From Octopus bimaculoides (lineage: Eukaryota): a stretch of 38,724 bases of DNA. The notes beneath the pieces are model-generated. The model made no database searches. It saw nothing but the letters and a program-made list of their open reading frames with translations, and was not told the origin of the DNA. A program made the position numbers and the translations under genes. The stretch covers positions 174,517,501-174,556,224 of the forward strand of contig NC_068981.1 of assembly GCF_001194135.2 (NCBI RefSeq). The letters are read 5' to 3'. Positions 22,961 through 34,380 of the stretch are shown piece by piece (positions within the stretch are counted from its first letter, which is position 1; each line of letters starts with the position of its first letter).

Positions 22961-23347
22961 GATTTAATCTACTTAAGGAATGCAGAAACAATGTTATATT
23001 CCCTATCTCTGAATAGTAACTGTCCAGAGAGTAAGAAAGTAAAAAATACAGAAGGAAAGCAAATCGACCGTATATATTTCCTACATGTTTTAAAGGAACA
23101 TCGACCAACTAGTTTCCTGATCCCAACTTACGTTGTATCGACAATCTCCAAAACGAGTGAAATAACGTTATGTGCAGCTACTAGGACACCTAAAAGGAGA
23201 AAAAAAAATTAATTCGTATAATAATAATAAAGCAAAATTTTTAAAATATATAAGCTCTGGGCGGTTTTCTCCCCTAGAGGGAAAATTCTCCGTCCCTTCT
23301 ATTTCTTAGCAAACTCTCTTTATCTCCGTCACTTACGCCGAAAGCAA

Positions 23348-23363
23348 CCGTAGGTGGCAGCAC
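23348..23363 (+). promoter_or_regulatory. CTCF-like motif
   Basis: CCGTAGGTGGCAGCAC. Confidence 0.35.
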
Positions 23364-24390
23364 CAATAGTCGCCAGCCAAAAATTCCAACTTTTATGATA
23401 AAATGCGAAATACTTTCGTCATAGATCTGTGAATTGGTCAGTATCACAGGGTCACAGTTTTACAATTCCATAAATCACTACCCAAATAAGTCTAAGTCCC
23501 ATTCATTAGATATTAAGTCCTTCGTACCTTTAAAATTACGGTTGTTCGTTGCTGTTATGCCTTTGGGAGTAGGTGTACTTCAAATTTATTCATTTCACGC
23601 TTGGAACCGATTATAGTTTACGCCTAAAAGAAATTGTGATAAGCCATATTCATTTCCATAGAGAAGATCTAAACAGCTCAACACCAAGAAACTGCTGTAC
23701 CCACCTTATTTACTAATTTGCGTAGTTTGTAAACGATAAATGAAAATTATAAAACGAAAGCGAAAATACAATAGAACAGGATGATAGTGACGTACAACGC
23801 CGTTGTATATTGAAATATAACAGGTCGCGACACGTGAAAAGCACACTAATACTGTATTAAAACTGCGATAAGTTTCAGGGTTGTGTTTGTTGAGATATTT
23901 ACTTTGTTCTGAATGTTGTATGAAATTACTAACGATAGACTGACATTCATCATTATATTTCTTATAAATCATATTTTGGTTTCTACATTTCATAATAAAG
24001 ACAATAATTTATCTGACGACAGGGAGGAAAGCTTTCTGTTTGACGTATTCAATAATATGTGATAATTGATAAATATAGTTACGAACCAAAGAAGCCTATG
24101 ATGATAGAACTTTAGCTACATATTCAATAACGCCAAACAGATAAGACAAGAATCTTCTGCTAAGTAGGTTACATTGGACAATAGCGTTTTGCATGTAATA
24201 TTTCTATAAAAGATATGGTATCTATTCGCGATAGTTAACAGAACCACCAGAGGCCATGTACAATTACGGTTCTCGCCTAGTGACACGATGGAACTTATGC
24301 AGTATATTAACTCGCAATTGTTAAACTGGTGAGAGCAGTATTTTATCCATTCAGTAGGTTTATTTATATACAGAACAATTATTCTAACTT

Positions 24391-24720
24391 TTAGGCACAG
24401 AGCCAGCAATTTTGAGGGGAGGGGTAAGTGAATTATATTGACTTCAGTGCTCAACTAGTATTTATTTCATCGACCCATGGATAGTTGGAAGACAATGTCG
24501 ACCTGGGCGGAATTTGAACTCAGAGCGTAAGACCGGAAGAAATATCGCGAAGCATTTTATCCAGCATGCATACGATTCTAAATGCACAAGGCCTGAAATG
24601 GACAAGTCAATTACATCGACCTCAGTATTCAACTGGTACTTATATCGACCCCATATTTAATCGACCCCGGTGGTACTTGAACTTAGAAAGTAAAGTCGAA
24701 GTTAATGCAAAATATTTTTT
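24391..24720 (-). mobile_element. Family B SINE plus an adjacent partial second copy
   Basis: 24391-24580 is near full length; 24588-24720 is partial with a duplicated atcgacccc. Confidence 0.8.
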
Positions 24721-24733
24721 CGCCTTTATATAC

Positions 24734-25138
24734 AGGAGTGGCTGTGTGGTAAGTAGCTTGCTTACGAACCACATGGTTCCGGGTTCAGTCCCACTGCGTG
24801 GCACCTTGGGTAAGTGTCTTCTACTATAGCCTCGGACCGACCACGGCCTTGTGAGTGGATTTGGTAGACGGAAACTGAAAGAAGCCCGTCGCATATATGT
24901 ATTAATATATATGTATGTATGTGTGCATAAGTTTGTTTGTCGGTGTTTGTCCCCCCAACATCGCTTGACAACCGATGCTGGTGTGTTTACGTCTCTGTAA
25001 CGTAGCGGTTCGGCAAAAGAGACCGATAGAATAAGTACCAGGTTTACAAAGAATAAGTCGTGGGGTCGATTTACTCGACTAAAGGCGGTGCTCCAGCATG
25101 GCCACAGTCAAATTACTGAAACAAGTAAAAAGAAAAGA
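24734..25138 (+). mobile_element. Family A CORE-like SINE, full length, with internal (TA)/(TG) spacer
   Basis: ggagtggctgtgtggtaag A box, gggttcagtccc B box, tggcaccttgggtaagtgtc CORE-like region, spacer at 24893-24930, 3' half ending in an A-rich tail. Confidence 0.92.
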
Positions 25139-26569
25139 AAGCATAAAGAGTTTTAATGCTGAGAAAGTGAATGTTTCTTTTCCAACGTCAAAATTCAGAG
25201 TTAATTATTTTCGTTACCTTCATTTAACTTTCCTATAAATTCATGTGTCAGTGAAGACAACTTCTGGTATGCAATTAATATTTTATAGTTATATGATGAT
25301 AGTGGAATATACTTTTCAAAACCTACTTACGTTCAGAGATGCTCAGATGTTCTAAATGTAGAATTACTTCAAATATTATGTGATAAAATATCACGAGATC
25401 TTATTAACATCCCTAATGATACAAAAGTAAATGTATAGAGATCATATATAACATATGAACGATACTTGTTTGAATTAATATATTGATCGACCTTTAGGTC
25501 ATAATAACAGAGTTACAAAGATTTACTTGTGGCAGAAGTAACATATACGCACTTGAACAAGTTGCCAAGAGCATTCTCTCACATACTATCATGAACTAAT
25601 TAAAAACATCGTTGGGGACATAGGATCGATTGATCAAATAGTGATTCTACTTGAAAGACGTGATTAGTTAGCTTTGAATTTTTATGGTCATACCACAGAT
25701 GTGTCTATCTTGAAAGGTCAATAAAGTTTACTTTATAACTGTTTTACAATGCTTTAAACTTTCAGCCAACTAAAAAGGCAACGAAAGAGAAATGCACAGT
25801 AGGCATTTAATGTTCATGTAGCACATAGTTGCGTTGTGGCCAGAAAACTTTAGATGTAGACACATACAAAATATACACACGTGTTTCTATATTTCATTAT
25901 ATCATTTAATACCCAACACACGTGCACATACCTATATAGACGAGTGGACAAACGAACGGAACTAGCACTTAACACACACACACACACGTAAATATGTCCA
26001 ACATGATCAGATGTATAATGTTGTGTAGTTGAAGAAATGTGGTGTACTTGAAGAAATCGCTCTATTACACTCAATCTTTCCTCTTCTGGAATGTCGGCTA
26101 GCACCTCGACTGAGAATGTTAGTTTACAACAGTTTATCCGGTAGATTAACGGCATCAAACTGACATGTCTGAACTTTTCAATTGCTTGAATAAGTGGACT
26201 AGCAAGTCCATTATATGAGCATGTATATGGTTGAGTAGTCCTCGTTCACATGTATCCTTATAGTAAACCACAAGAGAAATGAACATGACATATGTGGCAA
26301 GGTTAGGTTATATATTTAAAGTGAAACTCCATCCGACGGACTTCTATAGATATTCTGTCAACAAAGTCAATACAAATTCACACAAAAGGAACGACTATAT
26401 AAAATGGTGGTCACCCATGCAATCATCTAAAATGTAGAACCCGTGACCGGAACACCGAATATAGGCTTGTTTAATACTGTGGTAAGCATGTTTAATATAG
26501 GCCATCACGTCATACACACATACTCGTATATAATATATGTATCATCAGATTAACCACGTAATAGTATTA

Positions 26570-26840
26570 CTAGTACTAGCAGTAGTATGAGGGCATGCGC
26601 TGTAACAGAGCGTCGCTCTATCCACTCTTTGTTGGTGATTCCATACTACTCATGGCGGATGACAGCCCAGGACCAACACTCAAATGATAACCCTCCAAAT
26701 CATGAATCTCTTTGGATAGTCTTTGCTGGTGGAGGTTTTACTAGGTCGGAGTGAAAATCCTACCTCGACCTCTTTTAGTCGCCTTTTACTACACAGAAAA
26801 AACGCGGGGTTTATTCTTTGATATACTGATCCCCACCACA
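26570..26840 (-). mobile_element. Short (about 270 bp) RTE-derived non-autonomous retroposon
   Basis: 5' end tgtggtgggg...aaagaataaaccccgc...gtagtaaaaggcgactaaaagagg resembles the recalled RTE 5' motif. The 3' end has a hairpin, then gccctca and a TAC-like tail. Confidence 0.55.
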
Positions 26841-26904
26841 ACATAATATTGGCAGAATATAATAATTATAAATGAGGAGAATAAATATCAATATACGCTA
26901 AGTA

Positions 26905-26980
26905 GTCGGCGAGGTAGCAGTATCGTTAGCATGCCAGACAGAATGCTAAGCGGCATCTTGTACATCTTTACGTTCTAAAT
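26905..26980 (+). mobile_element. Family B SINE head fragment
   Basis: gtcggcgaggtagcagtatcgttagcatgcc...atgctaagcggcat. Confidence 0.7.
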
Positions 26981-27212
26981 CGTTCCTAGAAAGGAATATA
27001 TGTTTAGAAGGACCAATCCAAGGTAGGCATAAGACATATGCATCTGAGATGACATTTTGCATGCGTATCTCTGGAACATCCTAGATACTTTCGGAGATGT
27101 ACTAAACGTAATTATTTCAAACAGGAAGAAGGTATTTCTTGTTTTATGTAACCAAAATGTAGGTATGTGTTTGTATTTTTACATTAGAGTGTCCACATAT
27201 TGATTTCAAATT

Positions 27213-27408
27213 TTGGCACAAGGTCATCAATTGTGGGGGAGGGTGAAAATCGATTACAACAAGCCCCGTGCTCAACTAGTACTTACTTAATCGACCCCGA
27301 AAGGAAGAAGTCGACCTCGGCAGAATTTGAACTTAGAATGCGCACACAGACTGAATGCCGCTAAGCATTTTACTTAGCGGGTTAACGATTCTGCCGGCTC
27401 ACCGCCTT
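27213..27408 (-). mobile_element. Family B SINE
   Basis: ggcacaagg...atcgaccccgaaagga...ctcaccgcctt. Confidence 0.85.
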
Positions 27409-27622
27409 AGTGTATGTTCGGGTATTGCTGCTGTTATTTCTCTGGTTTCGTTCCTTGCTTGGATCTTATATCTTATGGAAATTTAATTTTTTGTTTATTT
27501 TATGTATAACTTTGGTTACTATTATCTACTTGTTATTTGTTGAACTGTATATTTTCTCTATACTATATTTTTTCTATATGCATATTGTTTTCTATATTCA
27601 CAGTTATACAGGTTTCAAATAT

Positions 27623-27787
27623 TGGGACAAGGCTAACAATTTCAGGGAAGAGGGTAAGTCGATTACATTGACCACAGTGCTAAAGTCGTACTTATTTTGT
27701 CGAACCCAAAAATCTAAAAGGTAAAGTAGACGGAATTTGAACTCGGCAGAATTTGAACTTAGAACGTAGGGACGGACGAAATGCCAC
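27623..27787 (-). mobile_element. Family B SINE, partial, with a small internal duplication
   Basis: gaatttgaact occurs twice in gaatttgaactcggcagaatttgaacttag. Confidence 0.8.
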
Positions 27788-28315
27788 CTCGTCTCCTTCA
27801 TATTGACAGTGATATGTACCTACTCATATGTTTTGTGTTTCAATTTAGATATATGTGCCTGTGCGTCTGTGTGTGCATCTATAAATAGAATACTTGTACA
27901 CTTTTTTTGTTGATCTTACCATCACGGTACAGTACATTATATATATATATATGCGCGCGCGCGCGTATGTATGTATGTATGTATGTATGTATGTATGTAT
28001 GTATATCATGGCTCTTTTAAGAGTTGACATCCTGCCCGCCCGATTATTAATAACTTTATTATACTGTAGAGTATTTTCCTTTCATCTGACAGTCATACTG
28101 CCCTGTAACCCGATAAATAGTGGACAAGACAGTTTCTTGTCAAATATTTGAAATCGACCTGCGAACTTATGCACTTATTCTTTATTTCTTCATATTTCTT
28201 ATTCTCTTTGCTTTTTTATCATTTATTTACTCACACACACACATACACATATACATATATGTATACACATATGTGTACGTATAAAAGCATACACATATAA
28301 ATACATATACATATG

Positions 28316-28346
<31 letters not shown>

Positions 28347-28366
28347 ATATGTATGTATATATATAT

Positions 28367-29224
28367 NNNNNNNNNNNNNNNNNNNNNNNNNNNNNNNNNN
28401 NNNNNNNNNNNNNNNNNNNNNNNNNNNNNNNNNNNNNNNNNNNNNNNNNNNNNNNNNNNNNNNNNNNNNNNNNNNNNNNNNNNNNNNNNNNNNNNNNNNN
28501 NNNNNNNNNNNNNNNNNNNNNNNNNNNNNNNNNNNNNNNNNNNNNNNNNNNNNNNNNNNNNNNNNNNNNNNNNNNNNNNNNNNNNNNNNNNNNNNNNNNN
28601 NNNNNNNNNNNNNNNNNNNNNNNNNNNNNNNNNNNNNNNNNNNNNNNNNNNNNNNNNNNNNNNNNNNNNNNNNNNNNNNNNNNNNNNNNNNNNNNNNNNN
28701 NNNNNNNNNNNNNNNNNNNNNNNNNNNNNNNNNNNNNNNNNNNNNNNNNNNNNNNNNNNNNNNNNNNNNNNNNNNNNNNNNNNNNNNNNNNNNNNNNNNN
28801 NNNNNNNNNNNNNNNNNNNNNNNNNNNNNNNNNNNNNNNNNNNNNNNNNNNNNNNNNNNNNNNNNNNNNNNNNNNNNNNNNNNNNNNNNNNNNNNNNNNN
28901 NNNNNNNNNNNNNNNNNNNNNNNNNNNNNNNNNNNNNNNNNNNNNNNNNNNNNNNNNNNNNNNNNNNNNNNNNNNNNNNNNNNNNNNNNNNNNNNNNNNN
29001 NNNNNNNNNNNNNNNNNNNNNNNNNNNNNNNNNNNNNNNNNNNNNNNNNNNNNNNNNNNNNNNNNNNNNNNNNNNNNNNNNNNNNNNNNNNNNNNNNNNN
29101 NNNNNNNNNNNNNNNNNNNNNNNNNNNNNNNNNNNNNNNNNNNNNNNNNNNNNNNNNNNNNNNNNNNNNNNNNNNNNNNNNNNNNNNNNNNNNNNNNNNN
29201 NNNNNNNNNNNNNNNNNNNNNNNN
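28367..29224. other. Assembly gap (N run)
   Basis: Run of n. Confidence 1.
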
Positions 29225-29269
<45 letters not shown>

Positions 29270-29279
29270 TAAAAGAGAG

Positions 29280-29735
29280 TCGAGAGCGCATCCGAAGTAA
29301 CTGCCTAATACTATTTGGCCAAAAATGCCAGTGCTGTTTTCCTGAAGGTATAGGAGATAGAATCTGCAATGGATTTAGCCATTGCAGGCGTTTGTCTCCA
29401 GAGATGACATATATCGCTTTTGACAAAGCAAAATGATGGCTGCCAGCACCGATAAAAGATTGGGAAGACAGCTGAAGTTCACCAGAACATCACAAAGGTC
29501 ATACTAGTAGTGATGTCGGAGATATCGAAACAGGTTACTCCGTTAGTAATCTTCTTTTTCTGGGAAAAAAGTGGAGGAGTTGCTTCAGGTGTAGAGTTCA
29601 TTGATTTATGTGAAAACATTGAACGGTGAGCAAAGAGTGATTCCAGTTAGGTGGAATAAAGAGGGTCCGCAAGCCAGTTCCTTTGCAGAGCCCACAATAT
29701 ATGGAAGAACCATAGAGGCAAAAATTGCAATTCCG
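29280..29735 (+). mobile_element. Highly decayed RTE-like RT C-terminal fragment
   Basis: One frame from 29369 reads MDLAIAGVCLQR*HISLLT...KIGKTAEVHQNITKVILVV...[15 protein letters not shown]...[17 protein letters not shown]. This parallels the RTE pattern YADD...NxxKTKVM...EFxYLG...IWK; several stops. Confidence 0.5.
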
Positions 29736-29768
29736 TACACATTTTCCATGCAAACATGTATTTCTTTA

Positions 29769-29769
<1 letters not shown>

Positions 29770-29819
<50 letters not shown>

Positions 29820-29896
29820 TTGTCTGTCCATCTGCTCTGTCTGTCTGTCTGCCTGCCTGCCTGCCTACCTGTCTGTCTGCCTGCCTGCCCGACTGC

Positions 29897-29980
<84 letters not shown>
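29770..29980. repeat. Compound (TCTA)n-(TCTG/CCTG)n-(TCTA)n microsatellite
   Basis: Directly visible. Confidence 0.95.
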
Positions 29981-29981
<1 letters not shown>

Positions 29982-30273
29982 CTCTAAACACTTCCTTTTT
30001 CATGTTTGTTGCTATTCAATTTTTAAAAATTTCTATTTGCTGTATTTTCCGATTTATTACGTTTCTTTACATTTTCTTTTGATATAAATCAACATCTTAT
30101 AGACCATGTGGTTGCGGTCTTATCAATTGAGAGATGCTGTTCATGCTTTTAGGTGCTGTTTCTATATACTTTCTGCGACGATTTATTTTGCGTTCAATCA
30201 TTACAAGTGATCGTTCCTCACAGTGCTAAAATGGTTGAAACGGTATCTTTGAATAGTAGAACAAAGCATTCAC

Positions 30274-30344
<71 letters not shown>

Positions 30345-30345
30345 G
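30274..30345. repeat. (ACT)n microsatellite
   Basis: Directly visible; explains the poly-T/poly-V ORFs. Confidence 0.95.
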
Positions 30346-30447
30346 GTGATGGCGATGATGATAAAGAAAATGATGTTAATGATGACAATAATATATACAA
30401 ACATATACATATCCACAATTAATACAATATCTATTATTTATCTTTTA

Positions 30448-30591
30448 TGCTTTACTTGTTTCAGACAGTAGACCGTAGCCATGCTAGGGCACCGCTTTGA
30501 AGGGTTTTTAGTAACCGAACCACTAAAATACGTGGACGTAAACAGACAAACACCAGTTGTCAAGCGATGTGAGAATGGACCCAAACACAAA

Positions 30592-30600
<9 letters not shown>
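30448..30600 (-). mobile_element. Family A SINE 3' half with internal deletion
   Basis: ttacttgtttcag...gccatgctagggcaccgc...ttgtcaagcgatg. Confidence 0.8.
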
Positions 30601-30642
<42 letters not shown>

Positions 30643-30879
30643 ACACACACACACGTACACGCACACATGCACATGTACACACACACAAATAAATATACAC
30701 ACATTTTTAGTCCCGCCAAATTTTATGAGGAAATGATTATCGCCCTTGTAATGGCTGTGACCACTGAGGGAATTACATGTGCTTGACAACGGTATGTTTC
30801 CGAGGATTAATAATTTCTTAGATATAAATAGAAGAAGGGCAATCTATTACCTTAACTAAAGTTTAAGACATTAGAACCA

Positions 30880-31290
30880 CCACAGAGTCATATCATTGCA
30901 ATCATTTGCGAAGTGTCACATTACAACCGCATCATAGTTTGTATCATTACAATCACAACTTAGCTGCATCACTTGAATCCTTGCTCGGGTGTTTCATTGA
31001 AATTGAAACAGTGTTGTGTCATCACAAGTACCACAGCAATCTCATCTGAATTACCTACGTTGTCTCATTACAACCACCGCTTATCCGTGCCATTAAAAAC
31101 AACACTACTGAGGTGTTTCATTACAACCACTACAGAGGTGTTTCATTACAGTTACTCGTAGCGCTTTCAATACACCCAACATTGAATTGAGCTTTGTCAT
31201 GAGATCCACTGCAAATACTATTGGCTGTATCTTAATCAATTAGAGATATCACTGCAACTGCCAATAAAGTGTTTCATTATAACCAATGTA
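30880..31290. repeat. Degenerate minisatellite, about 25-bp unit
   Basis: gaggtgtttcattaca at 31110 and 31135; variants at 30915, 30941, 30988, 31063 and 31269. Confidence 0.7.
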
Positions 31291-31510
31291 CTTTCATGTT
31301 GCGCAGATTTTTATACGTATTAAGCTTTAAAAGTATTTTCCTATATATTTATTTCATAATATGAATAAGGTACTTAAGGAATTTGTCTGTCTCTTTCCAC
31401 ATTTAATTTTTTTATAAGTTTTTTTAAACTTTTTTTTATAGTTAATTAAAGAATCATTGGGCAATGTGAGGTGATAAGATAATATATATTACATAAACTA
31501 AAATACAATA

Positions 31511-31600
31511 TATAAAAAGATGTGATAATGATGTTAATGATATCAAAAGACGTGATAACGATATTAATGATATAAAAAGACGTGATAATGATGTTAATGA
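31511..31600. repeat. 30-bp unit x3 tandem repeat
   Basis: tataaaaagacgtgataatgatgttaatga at 31511, 31541 and 31571 with 1-3 differences. Confidence 0.9.
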
Positions 31601-31667
31601 TGACATTTATATATACATACATATGCATATCTATAATTATTACAATATCTATTATTTATCTTTTACG

Positions 31668-31790
31668 CATTACTTGTTTCAGACAGGTCACCACTTTGAA
31701 GGGTCTTTAGTAGAAAAAATTCGACTGCAGTTCTTACTTTTAAAAGTCTGGTACTTATTCTCTCAGTCTCTTTAACCGAACCACTAGCAA
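31668..31790 (-). mobile_element. Family A SINE 3' half, degenerate
   Basis: ttacttgtttcag...ggtacttattctctcagtctctttaaccgaaccac. Confidence 0.7.
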
Positions 31791-31854
31791 AACTTAATAG
31801 AAAACTATAGAATGAACAGTGTTTCTCTAAATAATATTAATCGTTTCTAGCATA

Positions 31855-32040
31855 AGCGCAAAATCTGAAATTTTAGGAAGGGAATTATCGATACCACCAA
31901 CCGTAGTAGTTGACTGATATTTTATTTTATCGACCGCAAAAGGACGGAAGAAAAAGTTAACCTCAGTAGTATTTGAACGCAGAAGTTAAAGAGCTGGTAG
32001 AGAGGAGGCTCAGGATTTTGTCCGACACGCAGACGGTTTT
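31855..32040 (-). mobile_element. Family B SINE, degenerate
   Basis: ttttatcgaccgcaaaagga...atttgaacgcaga. Confidence 0.65.
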
Positions 32041-32151
32041 ACCAATGGACCAACATAATTTGATTAAGGATGAACTGAGAAAATAGGGACTAATTTCAGA
32101 GCATAAAAAATCTCATACATACATACATACATACATACATACATACATACA

Positions 32152-32185
<34 letters not shown>

Positions 32186-32367
32186 CATACATATATACAT
32201 ACATACATACAAACATACATACATACCTATGTTTGTATATGTATATATACTTACGCACATACACATATGGATATATATATATATATATACACATATTTAC
32301 GTACATACGTACACATAATCCCTACACACACACCTACATACATGCATACACTCAAAAACTAACACGC

Positions 32368-32451
<84 letters not shown>

Positions 32452-33214
32452 ATACTACAACAAGCACACATATATACACGCATACATATAAGCACACGTT
32501 TAGTGCTGACGGTCGGAAGCAAATAATCAATAAAAACAGTCGTGGTTTATTAATATATTTTATTTTGTCGAGTTGAATTGACCTTGTCCTTCATTCTTGT
32601 AAAGTAGAAAGTGTTTGTGGATTGACAGTTTGCACGGATCGGTGACTTTGGTATTGTTCGGTTTTCTTCATGAGTAACCTAATTAGTCTTGGATAATGAT
32701 TAAAGAAATTGTGTCTAACTGTGAGATTGTGTGGCATATGTGTATGTTTGTGCGTGCGGATATGTGTGTACGTACGTATCTATATGTGTATGTGAACTCA
32801 TAAGGCTTTTTACAACTTATAGAAATTATCCATAACATCTGTTGATATTTCGGCTTGAAAAGATGCCATATTCATAGCAAGACAAACAAAGCGAATAGTA
32901 ATAAGCACTTATAAGTTAGATTAAGAATGAAATAAATGGAGACAACAAGAATTCAAATGTTACAATGTTGCCGAAGTAAAATGCTTTCATATCGGATGGA
33001 ATTCTCGAAATTAAATTTCTAAACAGGTATCATTCCAAATTATTCCGAATATAAAACCATTCTTCGTTGCCTGCAATTCTCCTATCAGTCCTTCGGGAAT
33101 AAAATATATCTTATATATATAACTTCCTTGCAAACGCTTTGTACATCTTAGTTGCTGACCTGATACACCATCGCATTCTCCACCTCTTTCTCCAATAGCA
33201 CCATAAATGACCAT

Positions 33215-33365
33215 GGGATTGCACCTAGAAAGCTACCCTCCGAGGCACAAGTTTGGGCAAGGTTGTTTATGGAAGACCAGCAGTAACCACCAATATTATC
33301 TCCACACCATCTATGTTATCCAAGAGAAAGGCAAAAACTGAGTGAACTGCAGCAACGTGAAATAT
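33215..33365 (-). mobile_element. Family C SINE 3' part with deletion
   Basis: ttatccaagagaaaggcaaa and ctgagtgaactgcagcaacgtgaaat are reverse complements of 21400-21490. Confidence 0.75.
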
Positions 33366-34284
33366 GTTTATGTGTATGCGTATACGCATATACGTAGAAG
33401 CTCTGATAAAATAAGGGAGATAATTCCCATGATCTAAGAAAACATGTCAGAAAAGGAATAGATTGATTTTCAAACGCCACATATAGACTGGTGATTCCCT
33501 CATTAGCATACTGAAATTATTATCTACACTTCGTACTACACCCCATTGTCATAGTGCAGTCTACTATTTTCTACAGATCATTGGAAAGATTTGTCTATTG
33601 AAATACAAAAAACCCCACAAAATAATAAACAAAAACTTTGAGTATATTCTCGGTTAAATTTAAACTAAAACTAAAAATAGCTACGGGAGATAACAAATTC
33701 AAACTGTTTAATGACATGAATATGTTAAAGAATGATTATTCACAATATAATCTTACTCTATTGATATTTCCTTCTGAATGTAAATAAAATCCTGTCGGAA
33801 AATGCTAAGGTGTCGCAACGAGGAAGGGAGATAATTCCAAGAAATTAAGAACGAAGTTTATGTATTCAAGGTTTGAGGAAAAGACAACCTGACCTCTGTG
33901 TAGACGAGAAGGGGAAATACAGACTTTGCTGGCGAAGCAAAATTATATTTCGGTCAGCTTGACATCACTATCATGGTACAATGTTGTAAACCTTGTTTAT
34001 AACGACATACTGCCCTCCATGCACACACGTACCCACATACATATACGCACAACACACGCACGCACATAAACATACGCGCGCGCGTACGTACACACATAAG
34101 CGTGTACATTCACACGCACTAATACGTATACCTGTTCGATAGTGCATTGTCTCATGCTCATGAGATACATGAGATATAAAATATGTATCAGTATATATAT
34201 GCATTAACTTTGGATATCCTTTTGCTAATTTTGATATATATATATATATGTATATGTTTCTCTCTCTCTCTAAATATATATGTA

Positions 34285-34338
<54 letters not shown>

Positions 34339-34349
34339 CATAAATATAT

Positions 34350-34380
<31 letters not shown>

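Noticed and set aside
24013-24036. CTGACGA...GAAA hammerhead-like core
   Set aside because: No stem I pairing and only a 1-bp stem II.
25850-26250. Protein-like ORF (VEVLADIPEEERLSVIERFLQ) on the minus strand
   Set aside because: No recognisable domain, weak donor, runs into (GT)n, and the opposite strand is similarly open. Would need tblastn or RNA-seq.
30880-31600. CRISPR-like repeat array
   Set aside because: Eukaryotic context, degenerate units, no unique spacers and no cas genes.
5413-32040. Minus-strand bias of family B SINEs as a sign of host-gene orientation
   Set aside because: Family A is biased the opposite way and counts are small.
33413-33838. 15-bp repeat aagggagataattcc at 33413 and 33824
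   Set aside because: Only two exact copies and no wider homology or periodicity seen.
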